63,703 nt of DNA, filler included, from Octopus bimaculoides (GCF_001194135.2; 7 parts of 6 records of this genome joined end to end with filler, not necessarily neighbours in it); one strand, 5' to 3'; shown: positions 12,575 through 25,375, counted from the whole stretch's first letter. Numbers and translations: made by a program. The notes: generated by a model not told the origin, from the sequence alone.

Positions 12575-13140
12575 TGTGTGTCTCACCCACACTTAACAAG
12601 AAAGCTTCTCACACTTTCTACCACAACAAACCAAACTGCATCTCTACATCTCTTCTCTTCCTCACATTTTCATTTCATGCACTATGCTTACCTCCCACTC
12701 CCCAATCCTGTCCTCTTGACCCTGTTTCATTGTATCATTGCTGTCTGTTTGCCCCCTGACCTGTGTGTTCCATCCACACGTAACAAGAAAACTTCACTCA
12801 CCCTACCCCAACAAACCAATCTACATCTTCACACAAATCTCTTCTCTTCCTCACATTTCCTCCTTCATACACTATGCCTAGCTCTCACTCCCCAATCCTG
12901 TCCTCTTGGCCCTGTGCCACTGTATTCATTGCTGTCTGCTTGCCCCCTGACCTGTGTGTTCCATCCACACGTAACAAGAAAACTTCACTCACCCTACCCC
13001 AACAAACCAATCTACATCTTCACACAAATCTCTTCTCTTCCTCACATTTCCTCCTTCATACACTATGCCTAGCTCTCACTCCCCAATCCTGTCCTCTTGG
13101 CCCTGTGCCACTGTATTCATTGCTGTCTGCTTGCCCCCTG
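12575..13140. repeat. About 191-bp tandem repeat, at least 3 units, running into a gap
   Basis: Identical MPSSHSPILSSWPCATVFI translation at 12874 and 13065 gives a 191-bp period; first unit diverged. Confidence 0.9.
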
Positions 13141-13682
13141 NNNNNNNNNNNNNNNNNNNNNNNNNNNNNNNNNNNNNNNNNNNNNNNNNNNNNNNNNNNN
13201 NNNNNNNNNNNNNNNNNNNNNNNNNNNNNNNNNNNNNNNNNNNNNNNNNNNNNNNNNNNNNNNNNNNNNNNNNNNNNNNNNNNNNNNNNNNNNNNNNNNN
13301 NNNNNNNNNNNNNNNNNNNNNNNNNNNNNNNNNNNNNNNNNNNNNNNNNNNNNNNNNNNNNNNNNNNNNNNNNNNNNNNNNNNNNNNNNNNNNNNNNNNN
13401 NNNNNNNNNNNNNNNNNNNNNNNNNNNNNNNNNNNNNNNNNNNNNNNNNNNNNNNNNNNNNNNNNNNNNNNNNNNNNNNNNNNNNNNNNNNNNNNNNNNN
13501 NNNNNNNNNNNNNNNNNNNNNNNNNNNNNNNNNNNNNNNNNNNNNNNNNNNNNNNNNNNNNNNNNNNNNNNNNNNNNNNNNNNNNNNNNNNNNNNNNNNN
13601 NNNNNNNNNNNNNNNNNNNNNNNNNNNNNNNNNNNNNNNNNNNNNNNNNNNNNNNNNNNNNNNNNNNNNNNNNNNNNNNNNN

Positions 13683-13910
13683 AAGGAGTGGCATATTTTA
13701 CCACGACAGACACGTACACAGCATCGAATACCACGATGTGAGTGAAAGCTGCTCTCACTGTATTGTCCGGTGTCTGGTAATCCCTTCGATACCGACATCA
13801 AACCAAAAAAAGAATCCTGACCACAGAGTGTGGGTAATTATGTCAAATGTCACTGGCAATGTGCATTCAGCTGATTGCAACTGTTAAAGCAAGTCACTGA
13901 GCATGCGTAC
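13683..13910 (+). pseudogene. SWIM-type zinc-finger-like ORF remnant, probably transposon-derived
   Basis: FYHDRHVHSIEYHDVS...CIVRCLVIPS...HRVWVIMSNVTGNVHSADCNC* resembles the WV...G.V.SA.C.C lead-in to SWIM fingers; truncated by a stop. Confidence 0.45.
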
Positions 13911-14599
13911 ATGTCATACGGGAGAGTTCCAATCAGGGGTGGATAACACCTTATAGGAAAGCCCTATATACCCAGGTTTTTCACCACTTACTCTCTCTCT
14001 CTCTTTAATCACACTTCCTTCGCAATATCCTGCCACTTATATTATGGCATTGGAACCTCAAGGGTATGCCTTGGCACTTGCCACCATCTATATCTCTCTC
14101 TTCCTTTATTCAACCATCCCATTTATATTCTGATCCCTGTTCCTTGTGACTATGCCCGGCATTTTGCCACCATCTCTATCTTGCTGTCACCCACTCCCTG
14201 TCTCCTTCTCTTGCATTTCCCTCAGGTTGGGTAACTGTGTATTTCCTTAGCAGTGGCACACCTGTTTCTGTCTTCATTCTTGATCTCTCTCTCTCTCTGG
14301 CCAGGTAACCTTGTACTTCTTCTACAGCAAGACACTTGTATCTGTCTCACTATAACCTTTCATCATCCAACACAAGATCACCTCCTCCAATTCACCTTTC
14401 CCTCTAGATAATTTTTTTTTTTTTTTGTCTTGCAAGTACTTGGTTATCCTGTCAGTGCAGGTGCCACTTAAAAGTACCCAGTCCACACTGTAAATTGTTT
14501 GGTGTTTGGAAGGACATCCAGTTGTAAAAACCTTGCCAAAATTGACCTCACCTGTATTTGTGTCACATAAAAAGCACTACTGACCTCACCTGTGCTCGT

Positions 14600-14786
14600 G
14601 CCATGTAAAAATCACTAAGTCCACTCTGCTGAGTGGTTGGTATTAGGAGGGGCATCCAGCTGTAAAAATGCTGCCAAAATGGTCACAGACGTCTGGTGCA
14701 GGATTCTGTCTGGATGGCTCTTGTGAAACTGTCCCACCCATGCTAAGCATGGAAGGTGGACATTAAATGATAATGATGATGATGAA
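14600..14786 (+). mobile_element. RTE-type 3' tail element with (GAT)n end
   Basis: GGGCATCCAGCTGTAAAA...CCCATGCTAAGCATGGAAGGTGGACATTAAATGATAATGATGATGATG; related copies at 31720-31872, 48535-48960, 51359-51660 and 53818-54066. Confidence 0.7.
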
Positions 14787-15321
14787 TGTATGCATTAGGC
14801 ACACCTATACAAATTTTCTTTATAACTTTCAGAAGAATGAATATTTTTCAATGAAATTTCCTACGTATACCTTTTAGATGATGTAGATTCTGATTATATT
14901 GGAATTTGGGAAATAGAGGAGAACAGCTTCAGTTAATTCACATGAGTCAACTTTATTTCCTCATAACTTACAGAAAAATTGGAATTTTTTAATGAAATTT
15001 TCTTCAAATACCTTTCAGATGGTGTAAATTACAATTATATTGGAATTTAATGTGAAAAAAAAAAAGAAACAATCGGTAAGCATGCACATATACATGTGAC
15101 ATTCATCACATGTATGACCACATAATGGAGCGTGAAATTTCGAAAATTATGTCAATGTGTCAGTATTTTCGCATTAAATTGTGCTATAATCACAATTTAC
15201 TTCGATTGAAAGGCATTTGCATAAAATTTCATTAGAAATAGCGATTTTTCTTAAAGTTGTGAAGGAACAAAGTCATGGTGATAGCACCCTTGTGTAGGTA
15301 TGCCCTGTATGTATATATGTA

Positions 15322-15735
15322 TAATAATAATAATAATAATAATAATTTGCTAATAGAAATTGAAAAAATGTGGCACCTCAAGGCGACTACCATACCAGTG
15401 ATTGTAGGATCTCTAGGAATGATAAAAAAAGGTACAGAAACCTATTTGAAAATGATACCAGGCTTACCATCTCTACAGGAAGTGCAAAAAATCGTGCCAA
15501 CTGGAACGGCTAATGTACTAAGAAGAGCATTATCGCTGTGAAAACAACATCCATTCATGATTTTTTTTTTTTTTTTTTTCTGAAATACATGTTTTACCTA
15601 TGAATTTGCGTGTGTAAATTGGGAATGCATACAACAAGTTTCTCTGCCCTAGGTGTACGGAAAACACTCGGCGAGAAATGGGAGAAAATTTGAAGAAAGA
15701 AGAAAAAAAAAACAACATAATAATGATAATAACAA
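15322..15735 (+). mobile_element. R4/Dong-type LINE 3' fragment in an (AAT)n tract
   Basis: LLIEIEKMWHLKATTIPVIVGSLGMIKK...LQEVQKIVPTGTANVLRRALSL* (REL endonuclease C-terminus); (AAT)n at both ends. Confidence 0.8.
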
Positions 15736-18700
15736 CAACAAGAGGAGGAGGAGGGGGAAAGAAAGAAGTACACACATGCGCGCATGCACACACACACACA
15801 TACATCTAGCATCACAGTTATCCCACATTTGTATGTGTATAATGGTCATCTCCAAGTCTTACCAATTGAGCCGAATATAATTCGTGGAGATGTAAATTGG
15901 TTGAAACATGTTTATTTGTTTCATGAGTTTACTTTAAAGAAGATGCACCCAATTTTTGGTTACTTTCCCTTGTTTATCCTCAGAATTTAAGTAAAAAAAA
16001 ACGCTCATTGCTTGGTTAATCGCAAGATTTAGGCACATTTAGTCTGCAGATCACATTTGTGTGTGTGTGTGTAAGTGCGTGTGTGTGTGTGTGTATGTGT
16101 GTGTTATGAATTTTTTTCTTTAACTTCTAATCTTCAAAAGGATGATAGGCAAAGTCGACCTCAACAAAATTTTCTCTTTTTTAAAAAATCAATCTGCTGA
16201 ACTTGGCTACAAGCATACAAGGCCTGTGTATATATATATGTATATAAATATTTGTGCGTGCGTGTGAATGTGTGTGTGTGTGTGTGCGTGCGCGTGTGTG
16301 TATTTATGTATATTGGATTTCCTCACAGTTTCCATCTACCGAATTCACTCACAAGGCATGGGGCTATAGTAGAAAACACTTGCCCATCAATACCCCTACT
16401 GAAGCAGGATAGCCAAATTTCTTTTGATGCTGTCTATAAACTTTCCTGAGAACATTGGGAATTGAAATAGTATTTTAGACTAATAATATGATTGTTTATG
16501 GTTATCCTATTGGAGAAGAGCATGAAAAATCTCTGAAACTTACTCAGACATGTCTAAATGTCTGTCAAATACTGACTGAATTACCTGCATGTACCAACGT
16601 AGAGATGGAGCAACCACAGGGGTCATCCAGATTGTATCTAGGTAGAGCATTTGCTGGGATTAGAGGATAGAAAGAGTGAAGGGTGTCCACAGTTAGTGCA
16701 GATTGTCTACAACTGGTTGGTTACTCAGGCTACAAGTTTTTGGACTGCATTGTCAACTTAGCTAGGAATCATAGACAGGTGTTCAGTTACTTAAAGGTGG
16801 ACTTTCATAGCATACAAAAGGAGCAGGGTGAGTCAACAACTGAGTCATGTAACAGATAAGAGGAATAATCACCAACAACCAGTGACGGGGTGCTACAAAG
16901 AGGCGATTATATCTTAATCAATAACATCTAGTAAAAAGCTGTAGTGACGTCATTTTGAGGGTCTCCAGCATGCATGCACAGGGTTGGAACCTTCCGGAAG
17001 GCCTGCCGAAAGGTCCCTGATGCGCATGAGCAGAAAACTAGCAGCAGCAGAGTTGTTTTGTATCACCAGACTCGAGATGCAGCTGCTGAACTTTGCAGAC
17101 GTGTTCTCAGCAGCTATGTGTTTGCCTCTGCTGCTGACCATTATTTGACCAGCTCAGTATTTGACCAGCTTGGTATTTGACCAGCTCTGTGAAGCTGGAG
17201 TCCTGTGAAGAATGCCTTCATAAATTATGTTTAACACTGACTTTGCTGCTTCTACACCAGTCCTGGCTACTGATTGTCCCAAGGTGTAAATTTTTGTACA
17301 TACAAAATAAAAGGATTGTTTTTATGTTCGGATGTTTTCTTGTTCTGATAATTTTCCTCTGACATTTATGTAAGGAATTGTGTGGCACCCTTCCAGTGCC
17401 AATCCTCTATATTCATCGTCTTACAGAGCTTTAGTTTTCAACATCTAGTAAAGTGCTTTAGTTTTCAACCTGTTATGTTGGTGTAATTATTTTATAGTCA
17501 CTGGGCCTAAAATTAGGTCTAATATGTTAAGATTATCTATCACTGTTTCATTCAAAGCAGCAAATTATAACCATTATCAATAAAATATTCATCGATCATA
17601 AATGAAGTAACATGACACTCACATAAAGTATATGGTAATTAAGGTACAATATCATAGCTGGATACCTGTATAATAATATATATAACTTTTGGATAAACTG
17701 ATCATGCTCTAAAGAAAAATATATTGATTTTCTTTTCACTGGATTGAGTACGTTTTATAATTGGTGGGCAAGTAACTGAGAGTGCGGTTTCCTGGAATGG
17801 CTGTATGGTTAAGAAGCCTGCTTCCAAATCATGTTGTCTTGGGTTCACTTCTTCAATGAAACCTTGTGACTGGATTTCGTAAATGGAAACTGATAGAAGC
17901 CAGTGATGTTTATATATGCTTTTAATTATTTGAATTATTCCTCTGAAGAAGGGGCTGGTTTCTAACAAAGATACGAAGTCCCATGATTGGAATGTAGATA
18001 AAAACAATGTTACATTGTAAAACTGAGGAAAGTCTTGCATAGTTCTACTGTTCCACTTACAGATTGTATTTGTTATGTGTGAGTTGGTTGATTTCTTATT
18101 CTGAAAACCCTAGCTTATCCAGATTGTCACAAAATCAAGTGCACTAATTATTATTGGTATAAACGTGAATTTATAATCTGGATATAGAAGCTGGAGGTTT
18201 TGAAGCAGTTGTCCATAGTTATCCTGTTTCTCTTTCGTTTCCAAAGATATATTCACATCAGCAACACAGCTGATCTCTATGAGAGTATATACTTTATCTT
18301 GTCTGTCCCAAACAACAGTGTCTGGCCTGTTATGTTTACATTTGACAGCTTACAAGATGAATAGAAGAGTACTGAAGATTGAGGACTGAGGACTGAACGT
18401 TGATGGATTCCTACCTTCATGCTAAATTCATCACATTAAGATGAAAGACTGTGATGGCTGGCATGGCAAGACAAGGGGCCATGGCATGTGATATAGTAAA
18501 ATGAAAGACTGTGGCAAGTGGCATGGTGAGATGAAATACTGTTGTGAGTAGAATAGGGAGAAGGATGGTGGCAGGGGTTATGCAGAGATGAAGGACTGTA
18601 GAGGTTACTGCAGACTATCTGTCTCAGTGGTCAGTAATTTTAAATAGGAACTGATATAGAATAGAGAAAGAACTCTTATGTCCCCCTGCTAAGAACTCTT

Positions 18701-19500
18701 AAGAATAGAGACAGATGACTCTTAAAAATAGAGATACCCTTAAGTCCTTCTGCATAGGATTCTTATAAACAGAGAGATAAGTCCTTCTGCATAGGACTCT
18801 AAAAGAACAGAGAGAGGCTCTTAACTCCTGCAAGATAAAATGTATTCATTACACTCTGTAAAGTGGTTGGTGATAGGAAGAGAATGCTCTTCCTATAATG
18901 CTAAAAACTAGAACACAAGAGTGAAGTGTAGACACCACAAGCTACCATGCAGATGCAGAGCAGTAATTCCAAATAAGGACTGATACTCACATGTACAAGG
19001 GACGACTTTTCAATGTCATTGATACAAGAACATGCATCTAGGTTCACACAGTAAAACATACACAACAAAAAAAGTTGGACGGTTTTTTTCTCTGTTGCTT
19101 AGAGTGATAACAAATGATGCAGACCACAATGAGTGACAAAATCCATCCAACACAGGAGGAGAACGACAATGACATCTGGTCCATTGCTCTGTTCTTTCAT
19201 CCTCCTTGCCTACTGAAAACTGAACTTTAAATAGACAAGGTTGAAAGTAAATAGTCTGCTGACTGGTCTGTCTTACAGCTGTTTCTTCATCCACTTTCTA
19301 ACCTTCGGTAGTTTCTCTCTCTATTTCAATTACTCACTTATGCATGCACACACATACAAACATACACACACACACACACACACACATACATACACTTCTA
19401 TATATATATCCAGAACTGTAAGGACAGTCTGAAAACTTGACTGTTGAGAGAAGGCCGCAAACGACCCATCCTTGTTTTTTCCTGTCTGCCTTTTGTTCCA

Positions 19501-19531
<31 letters not shown>

Positions 19532-19719
19532 TCTTTTATTCTTTTACACGTTTCAGTCATTTCACTGTGGCCATGCTGGAGCACTGCCTTAACTCTTTCT
19601 ATACCAACCCCGCTGAAACCACCTCTGTCTCTGTATAGTACAAATGTCTTGCTTTCCTATGTTTTGAATTAAAATCTTCCACCAAACCTTAGTCACAATT
19701 TATGTTCCTAGTGGTGGAG

Positions 19720-19980
19720 TTTCCTCACTACCCACTAACCTCGATGACCTTAAACATTGAATAACATCAGTGATCAACTCAGTGGATCGTGATATGTTGA
19801 TATGCATCTGGGAGGAATTCTCTTATTGCATTGATGGTGGCCACATTGAACACTTGTAAGACAAGAAGTGAAAGTTGAATGTGAGTAAATACTTGTGACT
19901 TAGCTGGGGTTTTCTATTGCTTTTCCTTATTAAAAATATTGCGTAATGAAATTGGTTCATTCTTTTTGAATAACCCGGTA
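19720..19980 (+). mobile_element. Tc1/mariner-superfamily 3' remnant
   Basis: LPTNLDDLKH*ITSVINSVDRDMLICIWEEFSYCID..GHIEHL*, ending in TIR-like GAATAACCCGG-TA. Confidence 0.6.
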
Positions 19981-19987
19981 TATATGT

Positions 19988-20240
19988 GTGGAGGCACGTG
20001 GCTTAGTGGTTAGGGTGTCAGCATCATGATTGTGAGATTGTGGTTTCGATTCCTGGACCGAGTGACACGTTGTGTTCTTGAGCAAAACTCTTCATTTCAT
20101 GTTGCTCCACTCCACTCAGCTGGCAAGAATGAGTAACGCTGCGATGGACTGGCATCCCGTCCAGCTGGGGAACACATACGCCATTGAAAGCGGGCCAATG
20201 AGCCTGGCTAGGCTTTAAAAGAATGCATTTATTTTTATTC
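19988..20240 (+). mobile_element. tRNA-derived SINE ('family C'), full length
   Basis: GTGGAGGCACGTGGCTTAGTGGTTAGGG...GTTTCGATTCC...TTGAGCAAAAC...(TTTA) tail; second copy at 55355-55600. Confidence 0.85.
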
Positions 20241-20250
20241 TGTATATATA

Positions 20251-20676
20251 CAGAAAAAAATTTATTTTATTCTCAACTGTGTGATAATGCTAATAAATAG
20301 AATTATCAGGATAAATTATTCATACATTGCAGAAAAATACATTACTGGCCAGCCATGAGACATGAACTCACATCCCTGTGATTACGCATCAAGTGCTTTA
20401 CCATTAAGCTAAACTGCCCAGTAACGAATTCTTCTGCTATTTTAGAACTTATAAATTTAACTTCATAAGAAGCTAACGTTAAATTCAACTTATGATGAAA
20501 GTAAAGAAAGTTTGTTTTAGAAGCATTGAGTTGTATTGAAAGATACAGAAATAAATTTATTTTATTCTCAAACATGTGATAATGTTAATAAATAGTGAGA
20601 TCAGGATAAATTATCCATACATTGCAGAAAAATACATTACTGGCCAGCCATGAGACATGAACTCACATCCCTGTGA
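20251..20676. repeat. Diverged tandem duplication, period about 295 bp
   Basis: ATACATTGCAGAAAAATACATTACTGGCCAGCCATGAGACATGAACTCACATCCCTGTGA occurs twice; flanks show substitutions. Confidence 0.8.
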
Positions 20677-20857
20677 NNNNNNNNNNNNNNNNNNNNNNNN
20701 NNNNNNNNNNNNNNNNNNNNNNNNNNNNNNNNNNNNNNNNNNNNNNNNNNNNNNNNNNNNNNNNNNNNNNNNNNNNNNNNNNNNNNNNNNNNNNNNNNNN
20801 NNNNNNNNNNNNNNNNNNNNNATATATATATATATATATATATACATACATATGATG

Positions 20858-21005
20858 CGATTCTTTCAGTTTCTGTCTACCAAATCCATTCACAAGGCTT
20901 TGGTTGGCCTGAGACTATAGCGCCCAAGGCGCTATGCAGTGACTGATCCCAGAACCATGTGGTTGGGAAGCAAGCTTCTTACCACACAGCCACACCTGCA
21001 CCTAT
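20858..21005 (-). mobile_element. SINE family A, 5' head
   Basis: Reverse complement of GGTGCAGGTGTGGCTGTGTGGTAAGAAGCTTGCTTCCCAACCACATGGTTCTGGG. Confidence 0.8.
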
Positions 21006-21039
21006 GACAACATATGTAAAAATATGTATGGGCAGGAAA

Positions 21040-21394
21040 CACAGACGGGGTCGGGGACGTGGGTATACTTCTTGCAGAGAAATGGGTGGATAAGGTAATC
21101 AAGGTGGTTAGAGTATGCGATAGAATACTTAAGATTAGATTAGTCCTACACCATGGTTTAGCAACCATTATCTCGGCCTATGCCCCTCAGCCCGGGCTAC
21201 CCGACGGACAGAAAGACCAATTTTATGACACCCTTCTGCAGACTACCTCATCGACGAATGACAGGGACCTTCTCTTTGTGGCTGGTGACTTCAATGGACA
21301 TGTTGGACAACATTCAGGGGGCTTCTATGGCGTACATGGAGGCTATGGTTTTGGTTCCCGCAATGAGGAGGGAACCAGGCTGCTGGAGTTCTGT
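21040..21394 (+). mobile_element. RTE LINE apurinic endonuclease fragment
   Basis: GVGILL..KWVDKVIKVVRVCDRIL...SAYAPQ...KDQFYD...VAGDFNGHVG...GGYGFGSRNEEGTRLLEFC; open until the contig end. Confidence 0.9.
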
Positions 21395-21438
21395 NNNNNN
21401 NNNNNNNNNNNNNNNNNNNNNNNNNNNNNNNNNNNNNN

Positions 21439-21450
21439 TTAATTAATTAA
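21439..21450. other. Artificial contig linker TTAATTAATTAA
   Basis: 44 N on each side. Confidence 0.95.
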
Positions 21451-21500
21451 NNNNNNNNNNNNNNNNNNNNNNNNNNNNNNNNNNNNNNNNNNNNATATAC

Positions 21501-21532
<32 letters not shown>

Positions 21533-22091
21533 ATATATAAAAATACAAATATACATATCAATATCTATTCGCATACGCACACATATATAGAGAGAGAAGG
21601 GAAGAGAGGGAGAGAGAAGGGAAGAGAGGGAGAGAGAAGGGAGAGAGATATATATACACACAACACACATACACACTCGCACACACACACACATACACAC
21701 ACACGCACATATTATTCGTTTCATATAGCGGGGACAAAGGACTGCTCGCTAGCAACATCCATATAAACAGTCTACCTGACCCGTTCTCACTTAGGCTACT
21801 CGCTGACCAGAGGAGATAACAACTTGCAGAGGAACCCTCCATGATCACGGAATCTGAAGCCATTTACCATATCTGTTTTATATGGAATAAACCTTGATTT
21901 TATTTCCTTATGCTCTTCGCGGAGTCTTTCTCTTTCTTTTCGATCATGTTTCATTTCTATCGTATAGTCAATATTCTTATTTCTGAATTCCTTTCGCTGC
22001 ACTTAACTCTTATATTGAGCTCCTTTAGAAAGGAAATGTCTTACAATTGTACGTATTCAGGTCCTTTCTAGATGTGCATGTTTGCTTATAT

Positions 22092-22124
<33 letters not shown>

Positions 22125-24161
22125 NNNNNNNNNNNNNNNNNNNNNNNNNNNNNNNNNNNNNNNNNNNNNNNNNNNNNNNNNNNNNNNNNNNNNNNNNNNN
22201 NNNNNNNNNNNNNNNNNNNNNNNNNNNNNNNNNNNNNNNNNNNNNNNNNNNNNNNNNNNNNNNNNNNNNNNNNNNNNNNNNNNNNNNNNNNNNNNNNNNN
22301 NNNNNNNNNNNNNNNNNNNNNNNNNNNNNNNNNNNNNNNNNNNNNNNNNNNNNNNNNNNNNNNNNNNNNNNNNNNNNNNNNNNNNNNNNNNNNNNNNNNN
22401 NNNNNNNNNNNNNNNNNNNNNNNNNNNNNNNNNNNNNNNNNNNNNNNNNNNNNNNNNNNNNNNNNNNNNNNNNNNNNNNNNNNNNNNNNNNNNNNNNNNN
22501 NNNNNNNNNNNNNNNNNNNNNNNNNNNNNNNNNNNNNNNNNNNNNNNNNNNNNNNNNNNNNNNNNNNNNNNNNNNNNNNNNNNNNNNNNNNNNNNNNNNN
22601 NNNNNNNNNNNNNNNNNNNNNNNNNNNNNNNNNNNNNNNNNNNNNNNNNNNNNNNNNNNNNNNNNNNNNNNNNNNNNNNNNNNNNNNNNNNNNNNNNNNN
22701 NNNNNNNNNNNNNNNNNNNNNNNNNNNNNNNNNNNNNNNNNNNNNNNNNNNNNNNNNNNNNNNNNNNNNNNNNNNNNNNNNNNNNNNNNNNNNNNNNNNN
22801 NNNNNNNNNNNNNNNNNNNNNNNNNNNNNNNNNNNNNNNNNNNNNNNNNNNNNNNNNNNNNNNNNNNNNNNNNNNNNNNNNNNNNNNNNNNNNNNNNNNN
22901 NNNNNNNNNNNNNNNNNNNNNNNNNNNNNNNNNNNNNNNNNNNNNNNNNNNNNNNNNNNNNNNNNNNNNNNNNNNNNNNNNNNNNNNNNNNNNNNNNNNN
23001 NNNNNNNNNNNNNNNNNNNNNNNNNNNNNNNNNNNNNNNNNNNNNNNNNNNNNNNNNNNNNNNNNNNNNNAAAAATGACAGGGACACAATGAAGTGAAAA
23101 GTGGAGGGAAAGAAGAGAAGGCAAGGAAATGTATGCGAAGGGGAACGAAAGAACGCACAGTGGAAGGAACGAATAAGGGTGAAAGGGCTGATAGACAGAA
23201 ATAGAATCATACAAGATTTAGAAAAATCTATACTTACATAGAAGAGGCAAGGTGTACGTACGCCGCTTAATGCAATGTGAGTGACCATTTACTATTGAGA
23301 TGTGTGTCTACCTATATACACGCATACACATATATATGTGTGTGTTTGTGTGTGTGCGTACGTGTATCTCTGTGTGATTGTGTGTGTGTGTGCGTGTGTG
23401 TGTTGTCACACATACGCAGAGAAATCCTGCGAAAACATCTGTCAATGCCATAGAGTAAGAATGAAAATAATCTGACTCCATGCGACAATACGGAACGACA
23501 TGACTATCGAACTATTCTAAGCTGACTTCATTCACAATAACAGACACATGTGCTTTACAAATCATTCTGTGAAACGGAAAGGAAGAACTATAAAAAACAT
23601 AGGATGCATTAGGAGCTAAAGCCTATATGATATATAGAAATATAGCGGTGGTACTTCAGTATTGAAAGGTCATTTGAAACAACATTTTATCACTAAATTC
23701 CCCCACAATTCCTTGTAATAAAGAAGCTACAGATTGCCCTTCTTATGAGGACCCTCCAGCGGATATAATAAAAGAAGTAATAGAAATCGGTAAATAATAA
23801 AAAATGGATATGTTTTAAAAGTTATATAATAGATTCTGTCATTTATAGAATATTGAATGCTGGTAGAGAACATGATGTTGCTAGAAATTAACTTACACGT
23901 AATATTCAATATATAATGGAAACTGAAATGCCTCAGGAAATATTATTTCGTTTACCATTCTCCTCTTTTATTCCTTAGATTGCAGCCATGCTTAGGCACC
24001 CCTTTGAACAGTTCAGTGGAATAGCTAAGCGTGCTTCTTATTGTAGCAGTCTCTTTTACCGAACTATAACACACACGGAGGTAAAGATACCAGCAGGAAT
24101 CGTCAAGCGGTGTAGCAGGGAAAAACCCCAACGCAAATACAGTCATACACACATACACACC

Positions 24162-24198
<37 letters not shown>

Positions 24199-24220
24199 TT
24201 GTAAACAGTAAGTATATTTG

Positions 24221-24552
24221 TGAAGGCGCATGGCTCAGTGGATAGAGCGTCGAGCTTACGATCGTGAGGTTGTGAGTTCGAATCCCGGACAACGGGCTGC
24301 GTGTTGTGTTCTTGAGCAAGACACTTTATTTCACGTTGCTCCAGTTTCACTCAGCTGTAGAAATGAGTCGCAACGTCACTGGTCCCGAGCTGTATCGGAA
24401 TTTGCCTTTCCCTTGGNNNNNNNNNNCGTCACTGGTCCCAAGCTGTATCGGAATTTGCTTTTCCGTTGGATAACACTGGTGGCGTAGAGAGGGGAGACCG
24501 TTATGCATGGACGACTGCTGGTCTTCCATAAACAACCTTGCCTGGACTTGTG
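24221..24552 (+). mobile_element. tRNA-derived SINE (head GGCGCATGGCTCAGTGG...GTTCGAATCC)
   Basis: A and B boxes, then TTCTTGAGCAAGACACTTTATTTCACGTTGCTCCAG shared with family C/D bodies; different 3' part. Confidence 0.75.
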
Positions 24553-24865
24553 AGCTTTCCTCGTTCTTGAGTTTCTCGCCCGAAACAACATGATACCTCT
24601 TCGGCGCCCACCCTATTCAACAGATTTCGACCGTGCGGACTTCCATTTTCTCTTCAAGATGAAAATGCAGCTCCAAGGTCGCTCTTTTAACACCGTTGTC
24701 GACATTAAGAATGAATCGCAGAAGTTCTTCAACTCGTTTACTGGAAACAACGTTCAGGCCGGATACCAAGAGTGACAGGGGCGCTGGGACTTGTGTATTA
24801 CTTTTACTGTGCAACGTGACTATTACGAAGGAGATGATGTTAACAATTTCGTAAATTTCGTACAT
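24553..24865 (+). mobile_element. mariner transposase C-terminal remnant
   Basis: FLARNNMIPLRRPPYSTDFDRADFHFLFKMKMQLQGRSF...RWDLCI...DYYEGD (decayed YSPDLAPxDF). Confidence 0.8.
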
Positions 24866-25375
24866 AGGCGCAGGAGTGGCTGTGTGGTAAGTGGCTTGCT
24901 TACCAACCACATGGTTCCGGGTTCAGTCCCACTGCGTGGCACCTTGGGCAAGTGTCTTCTACTATAGCCTCGGGCCGACCAAAGCCTTGTGAGTGGATTT
25001 GGTAGACGGAAACTGAAAGAANNNNNNNNNNNNNNNNNNNNNNNNNNNNNNNNNNNNNNNNNNNNNNNNNNNNNNNNNNNNNNNNNNNNNNNNNNNNNNN
25101 NNNNNNNNNNNNNNNNNNNNNNNNNNNNNNNNNNNNNNNNNNNNNNNNNNNNNNNNNNNNNNNNNNNNNNNNNNNNCCCCCCCCGACATCGCTTGACACC
25201 CGATGGTGGTGTGTTTACGTCCCGGTAACTTAGCGGTTCGGCAAAAAGAGATCGATAGAATAAGTACTAGGCATCCAAAGAATAAGTCCTGGGGTCGATT
25301 TACTCGAGTAAAAGGCGGTGCTCCAGCATGGCCACAGTCGACTGACTGAAACAAGTAAAAGAGTAAATAAGGTAT
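24866..25375 (+). mobile_element. SINE family A, full length with gapped internal microsatellite
   Basis: TAGGCGCAGGAGTGGCTGTGTGGTAAG...GGTTCAGTCCC...CCTTGGGCAAGTGTCTT... and 3' CTCCAGCATGGCCACAGTC...GAAACAAGTAAAAGA. Confidence 0.85.

Noticed and set aside
12575-13140. CRISPR-like array (also 48697-48960 and 17142-17189)
   Set aside because: Contiguous tandem units without unique spacers, eukaryotic context, no cas genes.
16400-17250. LINE ORF1-like segment (NNMIVYGYP)
   Set aside because: One weak motif only; no supporting RT or endonuclease.
19090-19240. Exon-like segment with good acceptors on both strands
   Set aside because: No recognisable protein in any frame and no matching donor.
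24225-24295. tRNA genes (also 12280-12355, 19990-20060, 24868-24935, 32511-32587)
   Set aside because: A and B boxes are present but acceptor stems are broken and each continues into a repeated body; these are SINE-type heads.
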